Source: Epiperipatus broadwayi
Taxonomy: Eukaryota; Animalia; Onychophora
Direction: 5' to 3'
Assembly (NCBI GenBank): GCA_028023455.1
Contig: JAQFVV010000007.1
Coordinates: forward strand, 7,068,001-7,132,000
DNA: 64,000 nt
Shown here: piece after piece, positions 14,517-29,002 of the stretch
Position numbering within the stretch: the first letter of the stretch is position 1
Layout of the letters: each line of letters begins with the position of its first letter
Position numbers and translations under genes: made by a program
The notes under the pieces: model-generated
What the model was told of the DNA's origin: nothing
The model's database searches: none
Seen by the model: the letters and a program-made list of their open reading frames with translations, nothing else

Positions 14517-17500
14517 TATATATATATATTACAAAGAAATCAAGTCATATGTCACATGACCTTATTGTGAGTTCTATATATATATGTAACCATTAGAAAC
14601 CAGTCAACACTTAGACAATTTCAATAAAGATAACAACCAACAATTTCAAACTGTTGTCAAGGCAATCTCCTTTCTAGCAATAGAGGCGGAATATATATTT
14701 ACATTCTTAGTTATTTCAATTATACAAAATACATATTATAAAATTACTGTAAAATAAAATAAATATCACATGACCCAACTTATACAGAATTAGTCAGCAG
14801 CAAATTTTTTTTCCTCACTACATTTGTACTACTTAGCCTTAGTAATCAGTAGATGGCAGATGCTAGTGCTTTATAAATCACTACCCAGTGGTGTTTTATT
14901 CAATATCCAAAGCTCCTCATAGATGAAAGCTGTGAGCTAAAATTAGTTTGGGGATATAAACAGGACAATCCTGGATAGGAATTTATTAAGCACCATCCTC
15001 TGGCATCTATTGATTAATAAAGCTTAACTAAGTGTCATAAATATGCTGAGAAAAAAAATTGTTGTAAAAAGTTCTGGAGAGATATGGTGATCCAATCAAA
15101 ATTCTATACTAACATTAATCTTCTTAGAGTAACATATCATCTAATTACAGCTGTTATATTCTGATAACTATTTTGTTATGACATTCTTAGTCACCTCACC
15201 ATCATTATGTCAATAGCTGTAACCAAAGTAGAAAAACTTATAAAAACAATAATGCTTTTTATTAAACAAATTTGATATAAAGCAGTACTTTGTAACCAAT
15301 GGTCCTTTGTATAATTATCTTAAACACTTATACATGATTTATTGTACTATGATCACCTTCAAAATTATGCTTGTCCTTTTGCTTAGCTTAAGTTCAAAGT
15401 TATCTACATATCTGAAATTCTTTTAATAATATTAATATTACTATTATTGTTCCAGTCATGGTATATCTATCCTTATTATTTAGTGTATAATTTTACCCAA
15501 AATTTCATTCCTTATTTATATGTTATTTTAAACATTTATGTAAGAAATATATTCATTACTGCTTATCTAATCTTTTACTTGATAATGACATACTTTCAAA
15601 TAGTTCTACTGTCAAAGAATGAACTGTTTTGACTTCCAGTGTTTTATTAATACATAGTTCTTTGAATAATCTTCATATATTTTGTGATCTCCATCCTTTT
15701 CTTTACATTCTTATTAAAATAATTTTCATTTCCATGCCAATAACTTAAGTGAAATCCAACCTTTAGCACCTTCATGTGTAAACTTGAGTTATTAGTGATA
15801 TACAGATGATAAACAACCAATAAAATATCACGATTATATCACATGACTTAAGTCTTGCTCATTGCTGTTTTAGCAGCACATTTTTTCTTCACACATCTAT
15901 GCCACCTATTTTAAAATTTAGTAACTAATAGTTTCTAGATGATACTGTTTAATAAATCCCTATTCAGTTCTGTCCATATGGTTGAAACTAGTCTGTAGTT
16001 ATTGGAGAGGATAATAATGGATAGAGATTTTAAGCACTACAATCTGACGTATTAATTGCTAAAACTTACAATAAGTGGCATAAAAGTGTGAAGAAAATAT
16101 GCTGATTTACAGATGCATACACAATTCCTACTTTTAGATTTAAATCCATATCATTAGACCAATTTCTGCTTTTATAAATGAGGCATGGGACTCAAAGTTT
16201 TAAGAATATGCTTTTGTCTTATGATTCAAGCAGAGAATTAACACTAATATGTTTTATATTTTTAAGACTTTATTTTCATGTGCCATTCTCAATTATATTT
16301 CATTTCTAGAAAATACAATTAATGTACAAAACTAACATTTCAAATGTATGACTACAGATACTGAAAAAAATATATGAAGTGGCCTTACCAAGTAACTCTT
16401 TTCTTTTAAACTAAGATTCATATAGTTCTTCAAATGCCATACATGCTGTTTTGTATTTACTAAAGTATATTATACAAATTTACTATCTAGAATGTTCAAG
16501 TTCAGTCACAGCAATTATAAATTAAAAATGCATAAACAATTATTAATCTTTTCTTATTTGATTAGAATAATAAACGCATCCAATTTAATTTTAAATGTTG
16601 ATTTTAAATTTAGTGCAGGTGTATATACTTTTTATGTAGATGAATTATATATTTTATCTTTAACCTTTCATTCTTTTCTACTGATGACCATAATCCCATA
16701 TTTTACATTAAAAGTCAATTTCACATTTCGAATATTCAACTATAGAGACTGGAGAAACACAACAAATATGTCTTTTGATAATCAGATCTTTTCAGTTAGG
16801 ATATGGTGCAAACAGTTAATTAAATGCTACACATCATCATTAGCATGTTTTGCTACAATTTTATAGAATTCTATATACTCAGATGTTTTAAATAATTAAG
16901 TTTTCATCACTTCAGTATTCTTTTTTTACATGCATTATCTTCTCCCAATAAAAATATATACTGTTGAATTTTTGTTCCATTATAAAATAGTTTCTGTTTC
17001 CTTTTTTTATTTTTCTCTTTCCTTTCACTAAGTCTGACAATGTCCCATTGTTATAAGTGATAATAAATTTACCACAATATTCCTTTGTATAAACATGAAT
17101 TAAAGTTGTAGGCCATCAAAAATATTTATTATAGAATAGCATCTTGAAAATCATCAAGCCTTAGTTAGCATCTATTTTCTTTAGTTTCCATTCCAAACGA
17201 GGCCTCATCCAATGACTCTATGTTACCAGAAAATTAAGATCATATTTTCATGAATATATATTAAGAATTCTACTTAAAAAATCAAATGAGAAACTTTCAC
17301 AAAGACCATAGTATTTTCTTATTTCAAATGAAGAAGTGAAAAACAATATTCACTTAAATGTATATTGAATTCACAAATAAATAACTATTAGATTTTGAAC
17401 AATATTTTACACTTCAAACATCTGCTTTAATATTTTTCAGCAATACCAAAAATGATTAATAAATATTACAGAAACACAGTGTTAAATGAAACCATTTTAT

Positions 17501-20500
17501 CTGAATGGAATCATCAAGATGAAATAATACAATTTTTTTCAACTGTTTTTTCAAAACTTTTCTTAAATTTTATTTCTTACTTATTTGTAATTAAAATTAA
17601 GATGCCATAGAGACTACAAAAAAATTCAGGAGGGCCATTAATTTTTATTAAATAAATCATGGCAACAATTTAAATGTTCACATTTTTATTAAATTCCCAT
17701 TTTATTCCTAATATAGAAATCAAAAAAAAAAAATATTAAAAACAATTCGTACATGAAAGTCTTTTTCTGATACATACTGCAAATAGCATTTTTTTTAATG
17801 CAGGAAACTAAAATTCCAAACAAAAAACAGATTTCTTCGTATATCATGAAATCATCGTTAATTAGGCATAAATTATAATAAAACAAACACATTTATTTTT
17901 ATTTAGCACGGTATTAAATTCAATTTTGTCTCAAGTGAAATAATTTTTGCTACTTAAAAATATCTTCTCCAATCCCTTATCCTTTAATATTTTCTCAAGC
18001 TCAGTCTTAATTCTTACTTCCTAGAATCATGTTTCTAATTACAGAGGTTAAAACTAAAAAAAAAAAAAATGTCTGGGATGTAATCATTCAATAAACACAT
18101 GAATTAAATTTTTTTTCAAAGAATTGCCGAGTTTGAAAATTTTATTTTAAATATTAAATTTAAAAACTTTGTGACTGAATTCATGATATCAGCACTTAAA
18201 AAAAAAAAAAAATAACAATAAACTCAATCTCTCTATTTTGAATTTTTGCAAGAAAAAAACGCTGTTTTTTGAACTAAAACATGTTTTTTTAAAAAGTGTG
18301 TGTGGGAGAGAGAATAGAGAGGGGAGCTTTATTAAATTTATTCTTTAACTTTTATCTTCGCAAAATAAATTGCTATTTTTATTGTGTTTTAACCTAAATA
18401 AAAAAAGAATACAAATTTTATTTTAGTATTATTAATAATAATATAAATGGCACTATACTAAAAATGTTTTTTTTTTACTGAATATTATAGCAAAAGAATA
18501 AAAGTACATTTTTAAAAAAAAACAACAACTATTATTACATATATTAACAATGCTATATAAAATTCAAACGGCAATAATCTCTATTTCTCTCCTCCATAAC
18601 TTATGGAAAATAACATTTATGCATCATCTGCAATAAAAAATATAATGAATCCACCTAAATGTATATGATCAATATAAGCTTTTATTTTCGGACACTGCTG
18701 AAAAAGAAAAGGGAAAATTATATATTATTCTGATTGAAATACGGCATAAATCATTTTAAAATTACAAATGAGCAACTCTATCATCTAATAAAAGCTTATA
18801 ACAACCCAAAACAAAAAAAAAATCACCTACTCTATATGATGTTATATATATATAGCTTAAGGTAAAGTTAATTTACTGTTGTTTGAATTTCATTTACATT
18901 AAGCTATACCTATTTGATGTTAATGTTATATTTATTTAAAAGGTTGCCTTGGCGACAGGTTGAAATTGTTGTTATTGTCAAAGTGTTGATTGATTTTAAA
19001 GATATATATATATATTGTGTCAACCAAAATTTGATGTAATTTCAGTATTTGATGTAATATCATGCATAAAACGAAATACTTTTTAATTAGTTTTAATAAG
19101 AAATGCATTAGTTTAAGAGCATTGAAATAGATTGTTATGACAATGAATGTTAAAGCAAAAAATGCATACATATATACAATTAGTACTCAGCTTTATATTA
19201 AGATAACCGATCTTCATACTTTAATGAGTGCTAATTTAGCACAAAATATCTATATTGGTGATTATTTATCTTTTCAACATGTGTGTGTTCAGGTGAGTCA
19301 GCAATATAAGATGGTACTGAGAGTTGTAAGTCATGTGAAAGTCTGAGTTCAAATCCTGCATATATTACATATATAACCGCAGGTATAAGCATGTACAATC
19401 TATTAAAATAGATTATGCAGAATATGCATGTGCAAACACACACTCAATTTGATTTAAACACGCATTTTAATTATTCTTCACATTAATGCTTTTAGTATTT
19501 TTTTTTTTGTGAAATTGTTTTTTTGTTAAATGTAGATTTTAAAATATGTTTTTGATTTAATAATCTAATTAATTTAATGATTAAACGATTATAATTCTTC
19601 ATGTCGCAGCTTTAATACCACAGTACCTTATAATTTATTTAATTATAATGATTATTTAATTCTCAATATAACTTTAAAAGATATTTTCTTAAGTTGAACC
19701 ATAGTTATAATTTTTTATTAAATAATATCCTCCCTTATTTTCTTCTTTTTTAGATATAATTAAAATATTCAGTTTTCCACCCATTGCTGAAACTTACAAA
19801 TAAAGATGTTTAAAAACATATATGAACTTTGAAAAAGTAAATCCTCTCTTCCTAGGATACATTTCATGCCAATGAGATATATTTTGGTCTGATAAACAAT
19901 TAGTAATAATTATTGATGTATTTATATTTAAAAAAATGCTGTCAAAGTGGAGAAAGTTTGACACTTGTAGTTGACAATATAAAAACGAATAATTTAAACT
20001 CTAATTAATATCTGTTGCAATATCAAATAATTTTTAATATTATAACTTATCAAACATAAATTGACATATTTCATAAGTTTAAAAATCTGTAAGTTTACAA
20101 CAATTGAATCTCAGGACAATCAAATGTTAAATTAGAAATTAAAAAGAAAAAAGAAATTTTCTTTTGAAACAAGTTTTTATCTAAAAATGACACGTGAGCA
20201 CAATTGCAACTAAAGGACCTTTTTCTTTTCATTTATAATACATTTGTGATAAATCAAAATTTGTTGGGATCAAAACATTTAAACATTTTCCAAAAATAAA
20301 ACAGTAGCATCCATTATTATATTTTCTCAATGTTAGACAAAAAAAAAATAATTAAAAAGTTGACCTTATTTTTTCATGCGATATAAAAAAATTGTCAAAA
20401 TTATATATTGTCATAATAAAATCTTTAAAAAATGATATGTAATAAAAATAGTGAAGTAGAGAATATAATTAACAAAAATAATTGTATACAGTATTTATAT

Positions 20501-21420
20501 ATTTGTACGTCTCTAATTAACAGGTTGAGACAATGTTTAATAAGAAGAGGTTTTTTTGAAAAAAAGTTAAGTATCTTTTTATGAATTGTCTTTAAATGTA
20601 AGTTTAATCTTTCCAAAATATACAAACCATTTTCCCACTGTTACTGGGTTTCAATTAAATGTTTACAAAAAAAATACTTATCATAATGCATTATTCACAA
20701 TGTTTAATTTATTATATGACAGTTTTGAGTGACCAAAGCCTTCTTTAGATGTTTAAATACCTTTATCTATCCCTTTCAAATTAATATAATAGTTTGTACT
20801 TTGAAATGGCAAGATGAAAGATATTTCAAATATCTGAAGGTTTCTAATCAATTGAATTATAAATTATATTAAATAAAACATTGCAGAAAGGACATTATAT
20901 AAGTTATTGTAAATAATTTTAAATTTATTAATAGAAAAGATAATAATTAAATAACAAACTTGCTATTAGAAAGCTATAAATGTTAGATATTTATGAGCAT
21001 TAAATATTTCAAATTCTTACTATTATTTGATGGAAAAGAATCTGTAGGATTTATTTATTTATACACTTTAATATTTAAATAATTTATTTATCTACTCATT
21101 AGTTCAAATATCATTATATTAGCACTCTTCACTTTCTTTAGTTTAATCAACCTTGATCTTCAAAATTTTGTGTGTTTGCATAAATAAATAATTAATTTAA
21201 GAATAAATCAGAGTGGAAATTAATGAATTCTTTTTTTTTCTGTAAAATATTTTCTTTCCAAGATGCTAACTATGAAAAATTCTCATGGAATTTTTACATT
21301 TGTTATAAAAAAAGCCAAATCATTTAGTTTTTTATTTCTAAATATTATTTATTCATTTATATATACATAAACATATTTATCAATTTATGAATAATACAAT
21401 ATTTATCCATGTTATATATA

Positions 21421-22031
21421 GATCTCGCAAATAAGCTCTTAACAAGCTTTGCAAAATATCCCCAATTCCAGATCCGTTTCTACTACTGACTTCCTCAGTG
21501 CGGTGCTAGGATATTCAAGCATTAGATTAAAAATACCAGGACAAGCCCAGCACTTTATTTAATGGATAAAGATTATGTAGAAAATCTAAAATTTTCAGAC
21601 ATACATACATCTTCCAATCCAACTATCTTACTCAAATAGCCATATGGGACTGAACTAAGTTCAGATACACCATATATTAATAGCTTTAGAAGTATAAAAT
21701 TGCCAAAGCCTTAATAGCAAAAAATAAAATTACAAACAAATTGGCTTTGGTGATTTTATATTGCTAAAGCTATTAATATATAGTGTATCTGAACTTAGTT
21801 CAGTCCCATATGGCTATTTGAGTTTGATAGTTGGATTGGAAGATGTATGAATGTCTGAAAATTTCAGATTTTCTATTTAATAGTTATCTATTAGATAAAG
21901 TGCTGGGCTTATCTTGGTATTTTTAATCTAATGCTTGAATATCCTAGCACCCCAATGAAGAAGCCAGTGGCAGAAACCAGTCTGGAGTGGGGATATTCTG
22001 CAAAGCTTGTTAAGAGATTATTTGTAAGCTG
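21421..22031. mobile_element. Foldback/MITE element with ~290-bp inverted arms and a 32-bp spacer
   Basis: 21421-21710 is the imperfect reverse complement of 21743-22031; flanked by TA repeats. Confidence 0.85.
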
Positions 22032-22053
22032 TATATATATATATATATATTTG

Positions 22054-22084
<31 letters not shown>

Positions 22085-22230
22085 ACATTTGTAATACAAG
22101 CTTGTAATGTTAGGTCATGTGACATCTGACCTGATTTTTTTTTTGCAATATTTTTTTTTGTGCATATTTTTTCTTTCAAGATAACAAATTATAATATAGT
22201 TCAAAAAGTTTATTTAAAAAAATATTGCTA

Positions 22231-22335
22231 TGTCAAGCATTGGTGGTTGAGTGGTTAGCACAGCTGACTTTCAAGCAGTTGTCCTGGGTTAGTGGGTTTG
22301 CTTCTCAGCCAATGCTATGACACATGAAAAAAAAA
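22231..22335 (+). mobile_element. tRNA-Gly-derived SINE-like repeat, copy 2
   Basis: tgtcaa-gcattggtggttgagtggttagcacagctgactttcaagcagttgtcctgggtt...cagccaatgc-tatgacacatg-A-tail. It follows canonical tRNA-Gly(TCC) (AGCATAGCTGCCTTCCAAGCAGTTGACCCGGGTT). Confidence 0.8.
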
Positions 22336-22499
22336 TTATCATAAGTTCATCAAAATTCATACTGCACTTAACAAAAGTATACAATAATAACCTTCTATTC
22401 CTAATAAATATAAATCATGAAGATGGAAACCAGTACATCAATTAAAGCTGTTTCAAAATATATGGAAATAATAGAATAAAAAAATAAAAGAAATATATA

Positions 22500-23390
22500 A
22501 CTGAAAAAAATTTAATAAGACTAATCCAAGAAGCCAAGCTTATGATCTCTAATTATCTTCAACTATATCAGGACTTGTAAAATGAAAAGTGTTCATGAAG
22601 GATACTTTATCTGTTAAATGGATGATATAATTATCATGGTTTAAAATGACTAATTATTGTTAGCAAGCATAATAAGAACACCATTATTATAGACTGAAAT
22701 AAATACAAAAAATATATATCAATAATTAAATAAAAACCAATCTTAAAATTATAATGGGAAAAATGAAGATATATAGAAGATGAGGTATTTTTAATTTTTA
22801 TTTAACAGTAAAAGAAATAAATTGAGATTTTAACAACAGCAATTAAAGAATAGTATATTCTGAAAGTACTATTCTTAGTACTGTATAATAAAATAGATTT
22901 AAAAAACAACAATCCATATAGCACTTTGTTACAATAGATAATACTGTATGAATCAGTAGTGAGAATATGCTAAAAATACTAATCTCTGTATTTCAAAAAC
23001 AGGTTGAACAAAAACTGATAAGACATCATATGACACCTTGCCTATGCATTACTTTTAAATAGCTGCACTATTTTTCCTACTCCAGTTATACTATCTGATC
23101 TATTAATTATTTCAATGACACTTGGTGGCAGACATAAAATAGAAGAAATAGAATGAACATAGTGAGAAATAAAATAATTTTAGACAACATTATGAAAATG
23201 CTAGGAAGATAAGAAAGAAAGACTTTAACATACTATATAAAGCATTTGAAAGAAATAAAAAGATATGTTTACAATTGAATGTATGACCTAGGCAAAGAGT
23301 AGAATTATGAAATCTGATCATGATCAATATTGAAAATAAAGACTGGAATATTAAGAAAAGGCAACAACTGTAAAAATTCCACACAAAAAA
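22500..23390 (+). mobile_element. Highly decayed RTE-like LINE fragments
   Basis: Traces of RT (..MDDII) and of the C-terminal W.RIE.IEW...RNK.IL motif; only patchy similarity to the other RTE relics. Confidence 0.3.
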
Positions 23391-23589
23391 GTTTTACAAA
23401 ATTCAACAACAATAAAATTATAGCTTTAGCATTTACAGTAAAAAAGGTAGAAATTATTATATTTGAAGTCCTATTCAAATTTACTTTGAATTTATGAGAT
23501 TATTCTGAATATCTATGAAGAATACATTTTATTATTACACTTATTTTTGGCTGATTTATTGACACACATATATAGAACTATTTACAAAC

Positions 23590-23960
23590 CATGTCATCAT
23601 CATTGTCAACAATTATTGATCCACAACAAGATGAATGTCTTTCCAAGATCAATCCATCTTCTATGATTTATAGCCTCTCTTCTCCATATCACTCCAACAC
23701 AGTTTCTTATTTCATCTATCCATCTTATATGTCATCTCTTTTTAGGTCTTTTACAATCTCTTGGAATGCATGTTAAGATTTTAAATGTCCATTTAATATC
23801 AACTCTATTAAAAACATGTCCAGCACTTCAGTCTCTTAACTCTTCAATTATGACAGTAACATCTGTTTGTTCTCTCACACATGTATTTCATTTTTGATCT
23901 CTTCTTGTTAATCTTAACATGCATCAGAACACATGTAACAATATTTACATCAATGTTTCT
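23590..23960 (-). mobile_element. 3' fragment of the RTE family seen at 11426-14129
   Basis: Reverse complement of the RTE 3' end (catcatcattgtcaacaattattgatccac...ccaagatcaatccatct...ttttgatctcttcttgtta...cctaacatgcatc-like). Confidence 0.75.
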
Positions 23961-24329
23961 GATTGTTATATGGTAAATAATGTTATGATTATGGTTATGA
24001 ATATGGAAAGGCACAACAATATTACTGGTCTTATGTAAGAAATCATCTATTAAAAAGATTTGGGAATTTCTGAATTAAAATATTTTATAAATTGCTGCAC
24101 CAATTGATTTATCATGAATTAAAATTAAATTATTCCTTTTTTAAAATTTAAATAAAATAATCTATATGTTTGTTTGAATGCTTATAAAAAGTTTCCACAG
24201 CAGAAGCACTACCATTGAGCCATGATCTTTGGACTTCTAAGTTATAAAGTCTGCTATTCTACTACTACGCTTAATCACTTGGTGCAAATAATTGAGTATA
24301 AATTATTGCTCAGTTGCTCATGAAATATT

Positions 24330-24612
24330 TAAGCACTGAAAGTGCAGAGTTGGGATGTAAACTGGATTCCATAGTCTGCAACTTCATCTCTGCACCAAAC
24401 CACACAAGACAAATAATTGGATATTATATTGCAGCTGGATCTTGAACCAAGGAATATGAGTTCCAGAGCTTGCCATTTGATCAATACACCAAACCACACA
24501 GGGAAAAATATAATTGAATAGTATACTGATCAGGATCTCATAAAAAGTTGGAGCACCAGAAATGACAGAGCAAGAAGCTCCCCAGTCCACTGCTCTGTTA
24601 CTGCTCCAAACC
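24330..24612 (-). repeat. Tandem tRNA-like SINE heads (2-3 units)
   Basis: caccaaaccacaca at 24393 and 24487, and ctccaaacca near 24604. The minus strand has a B-box-like ggttcaagatcc. Confidence 0.4.
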
Positions 24613-24929
24613 AAAAAAGGCTTTAAAAAATAGTAATGAAGAGCATTTCCTAATAATAGACCTGGTTAAATAATTTTACACTGTAATGACACTATTTTAA
24701 AATTATATAGATCCAGGTTATTGTTATATCTGAAGAGTATTACTCAAAAATGAAACAGCATGATTAGATGACATGATGACACCTTGAAACAGTGTGTGAT
24801 TGAGAGAATTCACATCTCCAAAAGTTTTTACATCAGTCTTGGGATTAAAATGGGAAAGATATCTAATAAAAATAATAAAGGAGGACTGAAGATAAACACC
24901 AAAGACTAATGCAAATGTCCAGGGGATAT

Positions 24930-25190
24930 TCTCAGAAGACAAAAATAAGAAGTGCTAACCATGAATTAGAAGAAATTAACAACTAGAAATATTATGGTGA
25001 AATGCTTAATATAGATGAAAACACAATGGAAAAAATTAGCCATGGCATTAAACTTGGATGGAGTACTTTTGACAGAAATAATTTAATATTAAAAGGAAAT
25101 ATATTATGTATGTGAAAAGGAAGATTTTTTAATAGATGCATTTTTGACATATGGGTGTGAGACTTAGACACCTAACAGAAAAGATTGGAT
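24930..25190 (+). mobile_element. Internal RT fragment of the same RTE family
   Basis: gaattagaagaaattaacaac...attaaacttggatggagtacttttgacagaaataatttaatattaaaaggaaatat matches 13620-13690 and 48930-49060. Confidence 0.7.
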
Positions 25191-28100
25191 ATTACAAAAA
25201 AAAAAGTAAAAATGGTTCCTAGATATATGATTAAAAATTCAATGCTTAATTAAACAAATTCAATAACAAAGAAGTAATTCGAGAGTATAATATTAAAACA
25301 AACATATAGTATTCATGGCTAATTCATTTGTATAATAGAAGGGAAGAGGTAAATAAGTGATAGACAGCTTTGTATGAAATGTTTACGCTTTAGTGGAAAA
25401 AAGATTACAAACACACTAAGGGATTTACTCCAAAAAGACATACTACTAATTTGTTCAAAATTAATTTCACGATTCTTTTTATAAAAATGATTAAGAACTA
25501 TAAGTTGAAATGAGAAAGATTACTAGAGATATAGTTGGGTCATATTAAATTCTATCATTTCTTATGTTGTCTTCAAAAAATATTTAATATTTTTTAAGTC
25601 TAGTGTGACAAACAAAATAAAATCAAATACTTATTGTTCTAGAGTCCATAATAAATTTGAACATTAAAAAAGAAAAGGCTGAGACTGTGATCCATGAATA
25701 TAAAACAAACTCCACTTCTCAATCATTACTCTAAACGATGCAGGACATAAAGAACAAAAAAATATAGAAAAAGTATTTCATTATTTTGCATATCCTATTT
25801 ATTATATATACAGAATAATTATTTCAAATATTTCCAAAAAATATCTAAAATCACATATATACAAATTACAAATAATGGTAAAGTAATTCAAATTAATAAT
25901 AAATATGATTTTTCAATGAATATTTTTATCCGTTTATTTTTAGAGCAATATTCAGATAAAAATTATTCATTAAACAACACTTGGAAATTTATGGGGAAAA
26001 TATGAAAGCATTTACCATTTAAATACTCTCTCACCCACACAAAACATTAGTGGAAAAAGTGCTGAGTCACAGCCAGAAACGCATCAATTCTTGATTAAAT
26101 ATTTTGAGAGAAAAAAACCAAAGAGTTTTCTGACATAAAAACTTAAAATAAGTAATATAAATAATTGATATCTGGATATAAATGAACACTTTTAATGAAA
26201 ATATATAATGTATGAAAGACTATCATTTAACAAAATAGGGGGAGGGGGAGACAATATGGTGTATAATTCTATTTCTGTATAAATATATTGAAACAGGGCT
26301 GAGTTCGATCCCTGTTTCAAAAAGTAAACTTTCCTATATATGCGTCAGTATAGCCCAAGTAATTAAGTGAATTTATTTATTTCTTTTTTGTATATAAATT
26401 TATAACTAGATAGGGATTTAAGTTGAAAATAAACAGGAGTAGAGGGAGGTATGTGTGTGCTCTTTGTTTTATGAAAACGCATGTATATAGTGCTGTATGG
26501 AATGAAAATATTAATATTCGTATTTCATGCTAAACCAGCAATCATCAGTTGGTCCAGATTACCATCTCTACACATATGTGCTATAAGTGCTCAGATATAT
26601 ATTAAGATAGCCAAACCTTATAATTTAATGGACAGGTTTCACTCTACTCCACACTCCAACTCTTCAACCATCCATCCAATTGAAAATCTGATGATGGAAT
26701 GCTCAAAGGCCACCCTGAGGCTGAGATTCTTGTCACACCCATGTTGACCTAAGATCAATCTAAACCCTCATGTACAAGACATAATCCATTTAATACACAA
26801 ACAAGGGATGGGCAGACATCTCTACTATGTAATAACTGAATCACACAAGCTTATTATATACCTGTGTCTATATATGTAATATATAGGGTATATAATAAGC
26901 TTGTGTGTTTCAGTTAAATGCATATATAATAAAAGTAAAAAATATGTACTCAGTTTCATCAAATGAAGTTTATATATTTTAGAACAAAAAGAGATGTTTA
27001 TTTTGTTTTTATTTATGTTTATTTTAAAGTCCACAAACAATATACAAATATAAACATATCAAATTTGTATGCTTTGTTACTTATTTATTTTGAATACTTA
27101 CAGCTATTCCAATGTGGGTGCCAATGGACCCATGTATCTATATTCCATTTTATGTTTAGTGACTTTTTAAACACTGCAAGTTGAAATCATGATATAATAA
27201 TGGGATAACTAATCAATAAATTTAAGTTTCTTTTTATATGGAGAAGTAATTTATCATAAAACCACTACGTAATATTGACCCTACAAATTAATTTATTTAT
27301 AAATTGAATGTGTAATTTTAAATGACTTATTACTTGTCATTGACAGGTTTCTTCAAACTTTTAGTATTATTTGCCTTTTCAATTTTATATTTTGTTTTGA
27401 GTGAAAAAGAGGCGATAGTGTGGGGAAAAACAAGGGAAAAACTGGCCAATTGTACATTTTCTTTTGAAAATTGATTTTTTACAAAAAAAATTAAAAGACA
27501 AAAAAAATATTAAAACAATATAAATGAACAAGTCAAGTTTTAGGTTTTAGATTTCTTTATCAATTAAAACATTTTAACAATATAAATAAAGAACATAAAG
27601 TTTATTTTTTTACATTCATTTATAAAAATGCGAAAAAAAAGATTTATTGTCATAATGTTTCATTTTAAACCTTTCTGTTCTATTTTTTTAAAAATTATTT
27701 ACATATCTATATTGTACATATGTGTAAAGTAGGCTGAATGTTAAATTTAGTGATTACTTATCTTGATATTTTCATGAGATTAAGTCATAATGTTTTAAAG
27801 TATCAGTTAAATGGAATGTGGATACCCAAGTCCACAGTCCCCAAATATGTGTCAGGTAAATAAAATCAATGACCCTTTTTTAAATGTTATTATTAAATTG
27901 AATTTTTTTTTTCAAAAATTAATAATTATGGAACAAAATGTATCAAAGAAAATTTTTTAAAATGGTTAATCTCCCCCAATATGATGATTCCTTTTTTTGG
28001 ACCCAATTTGCAAGCCAATAGCAAAACCCCTAACATCATTATTTATGATTAGTATCTCCAAATATTTTATGCTCTGTTTCCATAATATCATTATTAAATG

Positions 28101-28602
28101 GCCCATTAGATGTGAGAGGCATAAATTGAAATAAGTAAATGTCACTCCTTTCTATTTTTTACTTGGTACTCATTTTGTACATAAATTCAAAAAATAAATA
28201 AATAAATAAAAAGATCACGTGATCACCTCTTATACTAGCCCATCCATCCATTGATTGCACAGGGTGGTTCTACTATATGGAAAGTTCTGCCTTGTTAAAT
28301 AAAAAGATACTTGTTTTATTAAACTTTGGAGACATTTTTCTGCTACTTCACTAACAAGTATTCTGATTATTCCCTCCAATATTTCTTTCCCTATTTTCTC
28401 ATAGATTACACTATTAAATTCAAAAAAATCTTTTTATTCCCATGTTCTAGCAGACTATTTCTTTAAATAAAATCAATTTTTGTAAATAAAAATGAAATTT
28501 TATACATTAATATTTTTTCCTTTTAAAATAATAATTAATGAAAATAATTTTAATTTTTTTTATTTATGACCAAAATTAATCCAACTATTAATATATATAT
28601 AT

Positions 28603-28988
28603 CACATGATCATCATTACTTATGCTTGCTCATAACTGCTATTAAAACAGGCAAAACTCTCCATACATTGGAGCCACTCTGTGTAACCTGAGTAATCAAT
28701 GGATTTCAGAAGGCTTGTGCATAAAATCCCTATCTAGTGCCTACTCATCCAATATCCTCAGACTAGGTTCTAGCTTGTTGCTTTCATCAGTAAGAAGTCC
28801 TAAGATCTAAGTGCAGTGCTCTCTGATCCAAAACTTCTCACTGATGAAAGTCACAAGCTACAAACAAGTCTGGAGATATTGGATGAGTAGGCACTAGCCA
28901 GAGATTTTATGCATAAGCCTTCTGGCATCCATTGATTACTCTGGATTGCACTGAGTGGTACTACTGTATGGAGAGTTTGGCCTGTCTT
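28603..28988. mobile_element. Hairpin repeat family (~310-bp imperfect palindrome plus ~45-nt one-sided tail), copy A
   Basis: aaaacaggcaaaactctccatac...gtatggagagtttggcctgtctt. Other copies lie at 33498-33821 and 51197-51554, with relics at ~28235-28300 and ~14870-15030. Confidence 0.85.
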
Positions 28989-29002
28989 ATATATATATAT
29001 AT

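Noticed and set aside
16492-16866. 124-aa plus-strand ORF
   Set aside because: Low-complexity I/L/F/N/K composition, no motif, and a length within reach of chance in this window.
26288-26320. 11-bp stem hairpin (ttgaaacaggg...ccctgtttcaa) as a Helitron end or terminator
   Set aside because: No CTRR terminus or other Helitron features nearby; too short to support a call.
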